Position numbers and translations under genes: made by a program. From Candidatus Zipacnadia bacterium (lineage in GTDB: Bacteria; Armatimonadota; Zipacnadia; Zipacnadales; UBA11051), in assembly GCA_029821145.1 (NCBI GenBank), contig JALGTY010000003.1:1682-50756 (forward strand): a stretch of DNA of 49,075 bases, given 5' to 3'. The notes under the pieces were generated by a model, which did not search any database, was not told the origin of the DNA, and saw only the letters and a list, made by a program, of their open reading frames with translations. Below are positions 1 through 8,497 of the stretch, piece after piece. How positions within the stretch are numbered: position 1 is the stretch's first letter; every line of letters begins with the position of its first letter.

Positions 1-114
1 AACAACGGCACCCTCACCCCCTTCCCCTCTCCCACAGGGAGAGGGGAGAACAACAACGGCACCCTCACCCCCTTCCCCTCTCCCACAGGGAGAGGGGAGA
101 ACAACAACGGCACC
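1..114. repeat. 51-bp perfect tandem direct repeat (units 1-51 and 52-102 identical, third unit truncated after 12 nt); window starts inside it
   Basis: Direct reading shows aacaacggcaccctcacccccttcccctctcccacagggagaggggagaac twice, then aacaacggcacc. Each unit contains the hairpin tcccctctccc-aca-gggagagggga (11-bp stem). Confidence 0.9.
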
Positions 115-238
115 ACCGACAGGGGAGACGCCTCGACAGGCGAGACGCCTATCGTACTGTCTTCAGTTGGTTTGACACAGTCTAAAGCCACAAGGTGAGT
201 AGTTGCTCTGACTTCAGCGGCAAGCGTCCGGCACGGGC

Positions 239-1120
239 TCAGGGGATGAAATAGAGTATGACGGCCACTGCAGCAGCGTAAAGCGCCACCGTCAACAGCA
301 GCGGGCCGTCTGTGAGTAAGAGCTGGTCGGGATGATCGCCCAGCTTTTTTTCGTGCATCAGATACAGGTAGCGGAATATGGCGTATATGACCAGCGGCAC
401 GGTATAGACAAGGTTCTGTGTGCCGACCACCTGCAGGGTGCGCTCATCCACCGTGTACAGGCAGTAGGCCACGACGGTGGAGGCTGTCACAACAGCTATC
501 ATCTGGTCCAGCAACTGCGGGCTGTACTCATCGAGGATTTTGCGATAATCAACGGCCCCTGCTTCGAGCTGCACAAGCTCACCGCGGCGTTTGGCAAGCG
601 CCAGAAACAGTGTCAGCAACAGCGTGCAGATGATCAGCCAGGGGGAGATCTCGACACTGATTGCCGCCGCGCCTGCCACAGCCCGCAGCACATACCCCAG
701 CGACACCGCCAGCACATCTAAGATGACGATGTGCTTGAGCCATAGCGAATAGGCTGTGGTCAAGATCAGGTACAATAGCGCAGTGACGAAAAAGTCCCAG
801 GTGATGAAGTACGACATCGCGAGGCCCAAGAGAGCGAAGAAGAGGGCAAGCAGAATGCCCTCATAGACCGGGATGCGGCCGGCGGCTATCGGGCGATGGC
901 GCTTTTCCGGATGCTGCCGGTCCTGCGCGGCGTCGAGCGAATCGTTGAGCAGATAGGCCGCGCTCGAAAGAAGACAGAAAGCCGCGAAGCCGACCAGGAC
1001 CTCTCCTACCGCCTCCGTGTCCCCGGCTTTGCCCGCAAACAGTATCGCGGCGAATACCAGCAGGTTCTTGGTCCACTGCTGTGGTCGCATTGACTGCGCA
1101 ATGTCCTGAACAAGGCCCAT
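239..1120 (-). CDS. UbiA-superfamily prenyltransferase, decaprenyl-phosphate phosphoribosyltransferase-like
   Basis: 293-aa multi-TM ORF. RPQQWTKNLLVF and NDSLDAAQDRQHPEKRHRPIAAGRI match the Asp-rich motif form typical of Rv3806c-type DPPR synthases. The ATG lies directly after the lysS stop. Confidence 0.7.
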   Translation of the reverse strand: MGLVQDIAQSMRPQQWTKNLLVFAAILFAGKAGDTEAVGEVLVGFAAFCLLSSAAYLLNDSLDAAQDRQHPEKRHRPIAAGRIPVYEGILLALFFALLGLAMSYFITWDFFVTALLYLILTTAYSLWLKHIVILDVLAVSLGYVLRAVAGAAAISVEISPWLIICTLLLTLFLALAKRRGELVQLEAGAVDYRKILDEYSPQLLDQMIAVVTASTVVAYCLYTVDERTLQVVGTQNLVYTVPLVIYAIFRYLYLMHEKKLGDHPDQLLLTDGPLLLTVALYAAAVAVILYFIP

Positions 1121-1123
1121 CCT

Positions 1124-2629
1124 CTAACGCTCCTCGGGACGCAACTGCGGAAACAGGATTACCTCCCGCAGGTTAGTGCAGCCGGTCAGCAGCATAATCA
1201 CCCGGTCAACGCCCATGCCCATGCCGCCGGTGGGTGGCAGTCCGTATTCCATGGCCATAAGATAATCCTCATCCAGCGGGTGGGCCTCCGCATCCCCCGC
1301 CAGGCCGGCTCTGGCCTGCGCCTCAAAGCGCTCGCGCTGGTCAACCGGATCGTTGAGCTCGCTGAAGGCGTTGCCAATCTCTTCGCCGCCGATGAAGGGT
1401 TCAAAGCGGGCCGTCAGATGCGGCCTGTCAGGCAGTCGCTTGGCCAGCGGCGAGATTTTGACGGGGTAGTCTATCACAAAGGTGGGCTGAATAAGATTGG
1501 GCGCTACATAGCGGTCGAAGCATTTGTCCAGCAGCGCCGCCCAGTCATCATGCGTCATATCGCCCAGTTCCAGGTCCCTGCAGGCCTCACGCGCCTCTTC
1601 GTCGCTGGATATCTCCTCAAAGTCCACTCCGGTCGCCTCGCGGATGGCGTCCAGAAGCGATACGCGGTGCCACGGTGGCTGCAGGTCAATCTCGTCACCG
1701 CGGTAGGTCAACTGGGAGGAGCGATTGACCGTCATTGCGGTTGTGCACACTAGCTCCTCGAACAGTTCCATCATATCTTCGTAATCCGCGTAGGCCTGGT
1801 AGGCTTCGAGGATGGTGAATTCGGGGTTGTGCAGGGCGTCAATGCCTTCGTTGCGAAAGACACGGCCGATTTCATACACCCGCTCCATTCCCCCGATTAG
1901 CAGGCGCTTCAGATAGAGCTCGGGGGCGATGCGCAGATACAGGTCCATATCCAGCGTGTTGTGGTGGGTGATGAATGGTCGGGCGTTGGCTCCCCCGTAC
2001 AGCGGCTGCATCATCGGGGTGGAGACTTCCTGGAAGCCGCGCTCATCGAAGAAATCGCGGATCGCCTTGAGCGCCTCGGTGCGCCTGGCGAAAATGTCGC
2101 GCACCTGCGGGTTGACGAGCAGGTCCAGATACCTGCGCCGGTAGCGTATCTCCACATCCTGCAGGCCGTGGAACTTCTCCGGCAGCGGCCGCAGCGACTT
2201 GGCTAGCAGTTGAAACTCTGAGATCTGCACAGTCGGCTCACCGCGGCGAGTGCGGAAGGCATGACCTCTCACTCCGATTATGTCGCCGATGTCGAGGTCC
2301 CTGAACTTCTCGAACGTCTCTTCGCCCAACTCATCCTGAGTGACCCACAGTTGAATCTTGCCGCTGGCGTCGTGCAAGTCGGCCCATATTGACTTGCCCT
2401 GGTCGCGCACGGCCATCAGGCGGCCGGCTACTGCCGTGTCGAGACCGGATGCCTGCCAGTCTATATCCTCGTCGCCGGCGGCCGTTTCAGCCGCCTCGAT
2501 CGCCGCCACTAGCTGCGCGGCAGTGTGAGTGCGGTCGAAGGAGTGAATGTCGAAGGGGTCTTGCCCCTGCTCTTTCAAGTCCTGCAGCTTCTGTTTGCGG
2601 TTCCGTACCTGGTCCTCATCAGAAGGCAT
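1124..2629 (-). CDS. lysS: lysine--tRNA ligase (class II)
   Basis: 501-aa ORF with an N-terminal OB-fold region and class II motifs (VFRNEGID, GGMGMGVDRVIMLLTG). Length and termini are typical of LysS. Confidence 0.95.
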   Translation of the reverse strand: MPSDEDQVRNRKQKLQDLKEQGQDPFDIHSFDRTHTAAQLVAAIEAAETAAGDEDIDWQASGLDTAVAGRLMAVRDQGKSIWADLHDASGKIQLWVTQDELGEETFEKFRDLDIGDIIGVRGHAFRTRRGEPTVQISEFQLLAKSLRPLPEKFHGLQDVEIRYRRRYLDLLVNPQVRDIFARRTEALKAIRDFFDERGFQEVSTPMMQPLYGGANARPFITHHNTLDMDLYLRIAPELYLKRLLIGGMERVYEIGRVFRNEGIDALHNPEFTILEAYQAYADYEDMMELFEELVCTTAMTVNRSSQLTYRGDEIDLQPPWHRVSLLDAIREATGVDFEEISSDEEAREACRDLELGDMTHDDWAALLDKCFDRYVAPNLIQPTFVIDYPVKISPLAKRLPDRPHLTARFEPFIGGEEIGNAFSELNDPVDQRERFEAQARAGLAGDAEAHPLDEDYLMAMEYGLPPTGGMGMGVDRVIMLLTGCTNLREVILFPQLRPEER

Positions 2630-2685
2630 CTGAGTATCTCACCAAACCCGTCATAATGCCAAATGCGATGTTTTCGCCGACCGCG

Positions 2686-3774
2686 TCAGTCGCCCTGCTG
2701 GTATGCCTCAATTGCTTCGGCGGCCAGTTTGCGCACCCGGTCTATGGTATCCTGTTCCACGGCGCGCTCGAAGGACCTGAAGCCAGCCAGCTTGAAGCCA
2801 TGCTTTTCACCGAGTTCTTGGATTTCTCTTACCCGGTCAATGCCCAGATCATTCCCCAACGAGTAGTCCTCGGCCCGCCCTTCCAGGGCCAGTATCATTG
2901 TCTCGGCCATACACGCGTACGCCATTTTGGGCGGGAAGCCGAAGTCAAAGTTGAAGTTGACCTGACCGGGCACGGCGACGACTCCGCCCTCGATTACGAG
3001 CACGTCGGCTCGCTGCTCGGCGACTGCTTTGGCGACATCGCGCGGGCGGGCGACATCGCATACAACCGCGCCGGGCAGGAGATCGTGCGGCTCCACCACC
3101 GCCTCCACCGAAGAGGTCACCGCCACGACCAGTGGCGCTTTGGAAAGCGCGTCTGAAATATCGGTGCAGGTCTCCACGACAGCGGAGCCGGCTATCTCGC
3201 CAGCCAGCTCATCGAGCGCATCTTGCCGGCGGCCCACAAGAATAAGGCGAGCCACCTCATCGGCCAGCAACTTCGCACAGACGCTGCCGATCGAGCCGGT
3301 GGCCCCCAGGATAGCCACCGTCGAGTGTTGCGGCTCGTGGCCGATCATCTGCGCCGCCTTCGTAAGCCCCTCAATGGCGGTCGCCACAGTGTAGCTGTTG
3401 CCGGTGGTCACGCCGATATCAACCTGCTCGGCGATAGTAATTCCTTTATCGCCCACAACAGCCGTCAGCGCCCCCAATCCGACGATGTCAGCGCCCAGAT
3501 CGGCGGCCAGCTTGCACGATTCGATGATCTTAGCAGTCGAGCGCTCCGGCGGATCGTTGAGCAGTTGCCGCGAGGTCAGCGTGCAACCCACGAACCATCC
3601 GCTGGTCTCTGCGCCGGTCGCTGATTTGATACCAGTTATCTCACTGACCATCCGCGCGGGTAGGTGCCGCAAAGTCGGCTCCACAATCCAGTCGGGCAGG
3701 TACCTGGCTACTGCATATTTGCGGGCGACATCGCTGGTGTCGAGAGCGTGAAGCACAAAGCCAAATTTCGTCAA
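2686..3774 (-). CDS. acyl-ACP reductase (Aar)-like NAD(P)-binding reductase, often annotated shikimate/quinate dehydrogenase family
   Basis: 362-aa ORF. It resembles cyanobacterial Aar by eye along its full length: FGFVLH N-terminus, TTGNSYT, ILGATGSIGS Rossmann motif and C-terminal YACMAETMILALEG. Confidence 0.6.
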   Translation of the reverse strand: MTKFGFVLHALDTSDVARKYAVARYLPDWIVEPTLRHLPARMVSEITGIKSATGAETSGWFVGCTLTSRQLLNDPPERSTAKIIESCKLAADLGADIVGLGALTAVVGDKGITIAEQVDIGVTTGNSYTVATAIEGLTKAAQMIGHEPQHSTVAILGATGSIGSVCAKLLADEVARLILVGRRQDALDELAGEIAGSAVVETCTDISDALSKAPLVVAVTSSVEAVVEPHDLLPGAVVCDVARPRDVAKAVAEQRADVLVIEGGVVAVPGQVNFNFDFGFPPKMAYACMAETMILALEGRAEDYSLGNDLGIDRVREIQELGEKHGFKLAGFRSFERAVEQDTIDRVRKLAAEAIEAYQQGD

Positions 3775-3792
3775 AGCGTTGTGTGTGTCGGG

Positions 3793-4710
3793 CTAGGCCG
3801 CCGGGAATTCTCTGATGACCGGCTCCCAGTCTATCTCTTCGGCCAGCCGCAGGTAATCGTCAGTGCGCAGCTCCTCCGGTGGCCGGCCCAGCAGCGACAC
3901 GAACACTCCTTCCATAACATTGGTAGCAAAGGCGCGGCCCTCGATTTCCGGGCTTGTGGTGACCAGATACTTCACCCCGCGGGTCTGGAGCAGCACCACA
4001 TCGTCGGGCGTAATAGTGTTGGTCAGGATTACCTTGCCTGCGAGCTGGTCGGGCATATAATGGCGGATGGAAGCAAAATCGCCGGCAATCAAGTCTGCCC
4101 AATCATAGTAGTTCTGAAACCCGGGCACAATTCTGTCGCTGTGCACACCGGTTGCAAAGGCCCAGTTATGCGGCAGCCTGGTAATCATGGGCAGCAGTAC
4201 CCGTGCCCAGCGCCCCATCGCTTCCAGGGACCGCACCGGTCGCGGAATACCCAGGCTGAACATCAGATCGCCGTAGATCGCCTCATCACAGCGCTCGGCG
4301 ATCGCCTCGGCCAGCCAATAGCGATCGAAGGCACTCATCACCAGGGCGCGGCTTTGCGGAAGATCTATGATCCCGCGCTCCTGCAGTATCTCCACGGTTC
4401 TTGGCTCCAGGGTGGCCTTCAGCCCGGCCCCGTCAACCACCGGCGTCTGCTTCACTTCCCTTAGTATGCCGCGGACCTGACTGAAGGGATAGTACCTGTC
4501 GCGCCACTGCACGCCAAGGTTAATACCGCCTATACACAGCACGTCGGCGATCCCGTCGTACTGCCGCAGAAAGCGGGCGAAGCGGCCCATGTGGCCATCT
4601 GTACCCAGGCGCTCGAGCAGGAAGCGTTTTCCGAGAAGCTCAAGCTCCACGCTCTTGTCTCGGGACGAAGGTCCCAGACTTATACTGACGATACGAATTA
4701 TTTCCGCCAT
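3793..4710 (-). CDS. conserved protein of unknown function (family frequently labelled quinate 5-dehydrogenase without evidence)
   Basis: 305-aa ORF. The N-terminus IVSISLGPSSRDKSVELELLGKRFLLERLGTDG recalls the Firmicutes family of that label. It ends 18 nt upstream of the Aar-like gene. Confidence 0.55.
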   Translation of the reverse strand: MAEIIRIVSISLGPSSRDKSVELELLGKRFLLERLGTDGHMGRFARFLRQYDGIADVLCIGGINLGVQWRDRYYPFSQVRGILREVKQTPVVDGAGLKATLEPRTVEILQERGIIDLPQSRALVMSAFDRYWLAEAIAERCDEAIYGDLMFSLGIPRPVRSLEAMGRWARVLLPMITRLPHNWAFATGVHSDRIVPGFQNYYDWADLIAGDFASIRHYMPDQLAGKVILTNTITPDDVVLLQTRGVKYLVTTSPEIEGRAFATNVMEGVFVSLLGRPPEELRTDDYLRLAEEIDWEPVIREFPAA

Positions 4711-4836
4711 GAGCGGCTTATCTCGGATTGTTCGTGAACGAGATGATATGGTGAGTAAGAACAGCCGGACAGACCCTTCATCTGCGAAAAGAGATGTTTT
4801 TGCTCGGGCGTAGAAGGCAACACGATGTAATAGGTT

Positions 4837-4990
4837 GAACGACCTCGGGCTGCCCTGCGACGTTGCTCAGGGCCGTGAGCCTGTCGAACGGAAAGCTGAG
4901 AATGCGATAACAAACCACAACGGCTGTCAGGCTAGAAAGCCTGACCCACGCGTACTGGGTAAAAGGCCGAGCCACGCGTTGATGAATAGA
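4837..4990 (+). repeat. modular interspersed repeat, copy 1 (reference orientation)
   Basis: The reverse complement of its ends matches 29179-29337 and 32822-32915. Its internal modules (cgggctgccctgcgacgttgctcagggcc, gaaagcctgacccacgcg) match 48074-48125. It fills the gap between the dus stop and the next gene. Confidence 0.8.
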
Positions 4991-4995
4991 GCGCT

Positions 4996-6006
4996 CTACA
5001 ATGCTTTCACGTATTCACAGACAAGCTGCTTCAAATCGTGTAGCGCGTGGACGCTGTGCATCTGCCGCCGTAGCTGCAGGGCGTGGGGCAGACCCCTGGT
5101 ATAGTGTGCCATCTGCCCGCGCATCTGGTGCATAGCCACTCGCTCGCCGTAGTGCAGCGCCAGCATCTGCGCGTGGCACAACGCTATGGCCATGATCTCC
5201 GCCGCGTTCGGATCAGGTGGCACCGCACAGCGCTCTAGAGCCGCTGCGGCCTGGCCGAACAGCCAGGGCTTGCCTAACGCCGCCCGGCCGTACATCACCC
5301 CGGCACAGCCGGTCTGCTCGATCATAACCGCAGCATCGCCCCCACTGACAGCACCGCCATTGCCAATTACCGGGATGCTCACGACCTCGACCAGCCGGGC
5401 GATGTGTGACCAGTCAGCCTTTTCGCTCATTTTTTGCTCGGCGCTGCGGGCGTGCAGAGCTATGGCGCTGACCCCAACTTCCGCCAGCTTGACGGCGATA
5501 TCAATATATCGCATATCGCCGCCGGCCAGGCCGGTGCGCATCTTGACTGTCACGGGCACTGACGCGGCATCTACCAGTGCGGCGGCACATGCGATGCCGC
5601 GTTCGGGGTCGGCCATTAACTCGATGCCGGCGCCTGCCGAGCGTACCTTGGGCACACAGCAGCCCATATTCAGGTCAATCATGTCGGCGCCCGCCGCCTC
5701 CAGCTCGCAGACACCATTATACAACACCTCAGGAGTATCGCCAAACAGTTGCAGAGCTACGGGCCGCTCCTGAGGGCAGGTCTTCGTGAGCAGTTGAGTC
5801 TTCTTGTTACGGTATTGCAGGCCTTTGGCGGAAATCATCTCGCTGACCACAAGGCCAGCGCCGCCACGGTGACACAGCAGACGAAATGGCAGATTCGTGT
5901 GGCCTGCCATCGGCCCCAGCACCAGCGGCGGATTGATCTCCAGGTTTCCGATGACCAATCTGCCGGGCCCATGCCTGACTGCCGCGCCCTCAGTCGTCCG
6001 GGTCAA
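4996..6006 (-). CDS. dus: tRNA-dihydrouridine synthase
   Basis: 336-aa ORF with LVLGPMAGHTNLPFRLL, the CCVPKV catalytic Cys region, and TIM-barrel plus helical C-domain length. The start is uncertain (TTG 6006 or TTG 5958). Confidence 0.88.
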   Translation of the reverse strand: MTRTTEGAAVRHGPGRLVIGNLEINPPLVLGPMAGHTNLPFRLLCHRGGAGLVVSEMISAKGLQYRNKKTQLLTKTCPQERPVALQLFGDTPEVLYNGVCELEAAGADMIDLNMGCCVPKVRSAGAGIELMADPERGIACAAALVDAASVPVTVKMRTGLAGGDMRYIDIAVKLAEVGVSAIALHARSAEQKMSEKADWSHIARLVEVVSIPVIGNGGAVSGGDAAVMIEQTGCAGVMYGRAALGKPWLFGQAAAALERCAVPPDPNAAEIMAIALCHAQMLALHYGERVAMHQMRGQMAHYTRGLPHALQLRRQMHSVHALHDLKQLVCEYVKAL

Positions 6007-6763
6007 TACTCTGCAGGCCCTTCAAGGTAAGAATTTCGTCCAGGACGTCGCCAAAGCCGGTCGCTGACCGCACCCATGCCGCGTCACCACCGGTCAGCAA
6101 GATCCGTACCTGATCGAGGTCTGCGGCAAGGTTCTGGCACAGGTCGCGGGTGGTGGCGATCAGGCTGGTATAGAGGCCCAGGGAAATACATTCGACTGTT
6201 GAGCGGCCCCGGCTGGCGAGATCAGTCGGCGGCGCGATTTCATCGAGCGCGGACTGTAGGTGCGGCGTCTGGGCGATGAGGCCGGCCTTCATTGTCGGCA
6301 GGCCTGGTGCGATGGCGCCTCCTACCAGCACGCCGTCGGCATCCACCAGGTCAACGGTGATGCAACTGCCCAGGTCCGCGACGGTCGCGGGACATTCGTA
6401 GTGCGCGCGCACCGCAGCGGCGTTGACCAGCCGGTCCGGGCCTATCTGCTCGCGGTTGTGATACAATGTCGGCACGCCGGCCAGGATTTCAGGGCTCACC
6501 TCGGGCAGGACAATGCTCAGCCGCTCCTTCAATCCCTCCAGAAACTCGCCGGTCAGGCGCGGGCTGGAGCTGCAAAGCAGGCCCCCGCTGTAGCTATCCA
6601 GGCTCTCGCCGGTTTCCTTCAGCATACAGTTCAGCGATGCCGCACACCGGTCGCTGAGGGGTTCGCTGCTGGATATGCGGCTGAAGGCCAGCCACTGTCC
6701 GTCTCGGAAAATGCCCCAGTGCAGCGTCATATTGCCCAGGTCGGCGTACACGCGAAAGCTCAT
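5990..6763 (-). CDS. coaX: type III pantothenate kinase
   Basis: MSFRVYADLGNMTLHWG and GPDRLVNAAA motifs. I place the start at ATG 6763, which overlaps the upstream stop as ATGA (6760-6763). The ORF track extends to TTG 6790. Confidence 0.85.
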   Translation of the reverse strand: MSFRVYADLGNMTLHWGIFRDGQWLAFSRISSSEPLSDRCAASLNCMLKETGESLDSYSGGLLCSSSPRLTGEFLEGLKERLSIVLPEVSPEILAGVPTLYHNREQIGPDRLVNAAAVRAHYECPATVADLGSCITVDLVDADGVLVGGAIAPGLPTMKAGLIAQTPHLQSALDEIAPPTDLASRGRSTVECISLGLYTSLIATTRDLCQNLAADLDQVRILLTGGDAAWVRSATGFGDVLDEILTLKGLQSIDPDD

Positions 6764-7488
6764 TGCAGACCCACCAACTCCTGCTGCCAATCGCCGTCAG
6801 GCTGTCGTCGCAGAATCGCGGCTTGTTTGGCATGGCAGGCGCAGCGGCTTACAGCAACATCGCCCACCTGCATGAGCGACCCTGCGGTCACGTGCCAGTG
6901 TGCGACAAGCGCCAGGTCCAGCCCGGGCAGCTTTTCCACAAGCCGTGTCTGCTCGTTCATGTTTGTTCCCCAGTGCAGCAGGCCGATGATCATGTCACTT
7001 TCCGAGCGCAGATCGGCAATTGCCTGTTGGCCTGCTTTCTCGGCGTCCAGGAATCGGACATCGGAGGTGCGCTGAGCGATGCTGCCGCTGGGCGCCATAT
7101 TCGGGCTCAGGCCGAATACACCTATGGTACATTCGCCGAGGCGCAGTGTGATATAGGGCTTCAACATCTCGGAGTCTGCGCCGTCGTTACTGGCGAGGTT
7201 GGCGCAAAGCACCGGGAACTTCAGTCCGGCCAGCTTCGCCGCCGTGGTTGATCGCCGCCACCCGTATTCCCGGTTACCCAGCGCCATGGCGTCGTAGCCG
7301 GCGGCGTTCATTGCGGCGATCACTTGGGACTTGTGGGGGAGCGGCAGGTAATTGGGCACATCCAGGCTGTCGCCGCAGTCGAACAACAGGGCGCTTTCGC
7401 TGCGCTTGAGTTCGGCCAGCCGGCTGGCGATCTCCAGCGTCAGCCGACCATGCATGTCGGCGGTTTGTATCACCGTAATCGGCGTCAT
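6760..7488 (-). CDS. calcineurin-like metallophosphoesterase (5'-nucleotidase N-domain-like)
   Basis: 242-aa ORF with motifs TADMHG, CGDSLD, GNREY (Arg in place of the usual GNHE His) and HWH. It sits between kdsD and coaX. Confidence 0.75.
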   Translation of the reverse strand: MTPITVIQTADMHGRLTLEIASRLAELKRSESALLFDCGDSLDVPNYLPLPHKSQVIAAMNAAGYDAMALGNREYGWRRSTTAAKLAGLKFPVLCANLASNDGADSEMLKPYITLRLGECTIGVFGLSPNMAPSGSIAQRTSDVRFLDAEKAGQQAIADLRSESDMIIGLLHWGTNMNEQTRLVEKLPGLDLALVAHWHVTAGSLMQVGDVAVSRCACHAKQAAILRRQPDGDWQQELVGLQ

Positions 7489-7507
7489 AACAGCCCACGC
7501 GCCGCCT

Positions 7508-8491
7508 TCAGATGACCCGGAATTTCAGCAAGTCCTGAATATCAACAACTCCCACCGACTTCCCCGCCGCATCCGCTACCGGCAGGTTGTCCACCTCTTT
7601 GACCTCCATGATACGGAGCGCCTCGGTAGCCAGGGTCGCCGGGGAAACCGTAATCGGCGCTTGTGTCATTACCTCGGCTACTGGCAGGTCCATCACCTTA
7701 TCACGCTTCTGTTCGGTCTGCATCAGGCGGCGTAAGTCTCCGTCGGTGAAGATGCCCAGCAAGCGCCCGTCGTCGTCAGTCACGCTCACCACTCCCCGCA
7801 CCGCGGCCTGTGTCATGGTCAGCAGGCATTGCAGCACGGTGTCATCAGGACTTACGGTGGGATTATCCTCGCCGCTGTGCATCACGTCGGAGACGCGACC
7901 GAGCAGCCGTCGGCCCAGTGTCCCGCCCGGATGCGCGGCCGCAAAGTCCTCGGCGGAGAACCCGCGCGCGTACATCACAGCCATCGCCAGCGCATCCCCC
8001 AGCGCCATCATGGTGGCCGTCGAGGCAGTGGGGGCCAAACCAAGCGGACAGGCCTCACGTTCCACTGTCGAGTCAATGGTCGCATCGGCTTCCGAGGCGA
8101 GTGTGGAGTCTTCCGCACCGCAGATGGCGATTACGCGCACACCGCGCCGTTTGAGCGCCGGCAGGATCTGCGACAGCTCATCCATCTCGCCGCTGTTGGA
8201 CAGCATGATGACGACATCCTCATCAACCACCACGCCCAGGTCTCCGTGGATGGCCTCGGTGGGGTGCATGAAGAAGGCAGGCGTGCCGGTGCTAGCGAGG
8301 GTGCCTGAGAGCTTGCGGCCCACGGCTCCGGACTTGCCGATCCCGCACAGCACCGCGCGGCCTTTCATATCCAGCAGCATCTGGCAAGCCCGCAGAAAGT
8401 CGTCGCCCAGGCGCTGCGCTGCCTGCTCGATGGCATGATACTCAATATCTAACGTTCTCTTTGCCTGTGCAATAATGTCTTGCCGGTCCAT
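7508..8491 (-). CDS. kdsD: arabinose-5-phosphate isomerase (KpsF/GutQ family, SIS + tandem CBS)
   Basis: 327-aa ORF with the SIS motif GIGKSG, tandem CBS domains at the C-terminus, and kdsA/kdsB as neighbours. Confidence 0.9.
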   Translation of the reverse strand: MDRQDIIAQAKRTLDIEYHAIEQAAQRLGDDFLRACQMLLDMKGRAVLCGIGKSGAVGRKLSGTLASTGTPAFFMHPTEAIHGDLGVVVDEDVVIMLSNSGEMDELSQILPALKRRGVRVIAICGAEDSTLASEADATIDSTVEREACPLGLAPTASTATMMALGDALAMAVMYARGFSAEDFAAAHPGGTLGRRLLGRVSDVMHSGEDNPTVSPDDTVLQCLLTMTQAAVRGVVSVTDDDGRLLGIFTDGDLRRLMQTEQKRDKVMDLPVAEVMTQAPITVSPATLATEALRIMEVKEVDNLPVADAAGKSVGVVDIQDLLKFRVI

Positions 8492-8497
8492 CGCGTA

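Noticed and set aside
1-114. Possible CRISPR array. The same question was asked of the hairpin trio at 44816-44951.
   Set aside because: The 51-bp units are directly adjacent with no spacers. The 44.8-kb hairpins are short (22 nt), imperfect and irregularly spaced. No cas genes are in the window.
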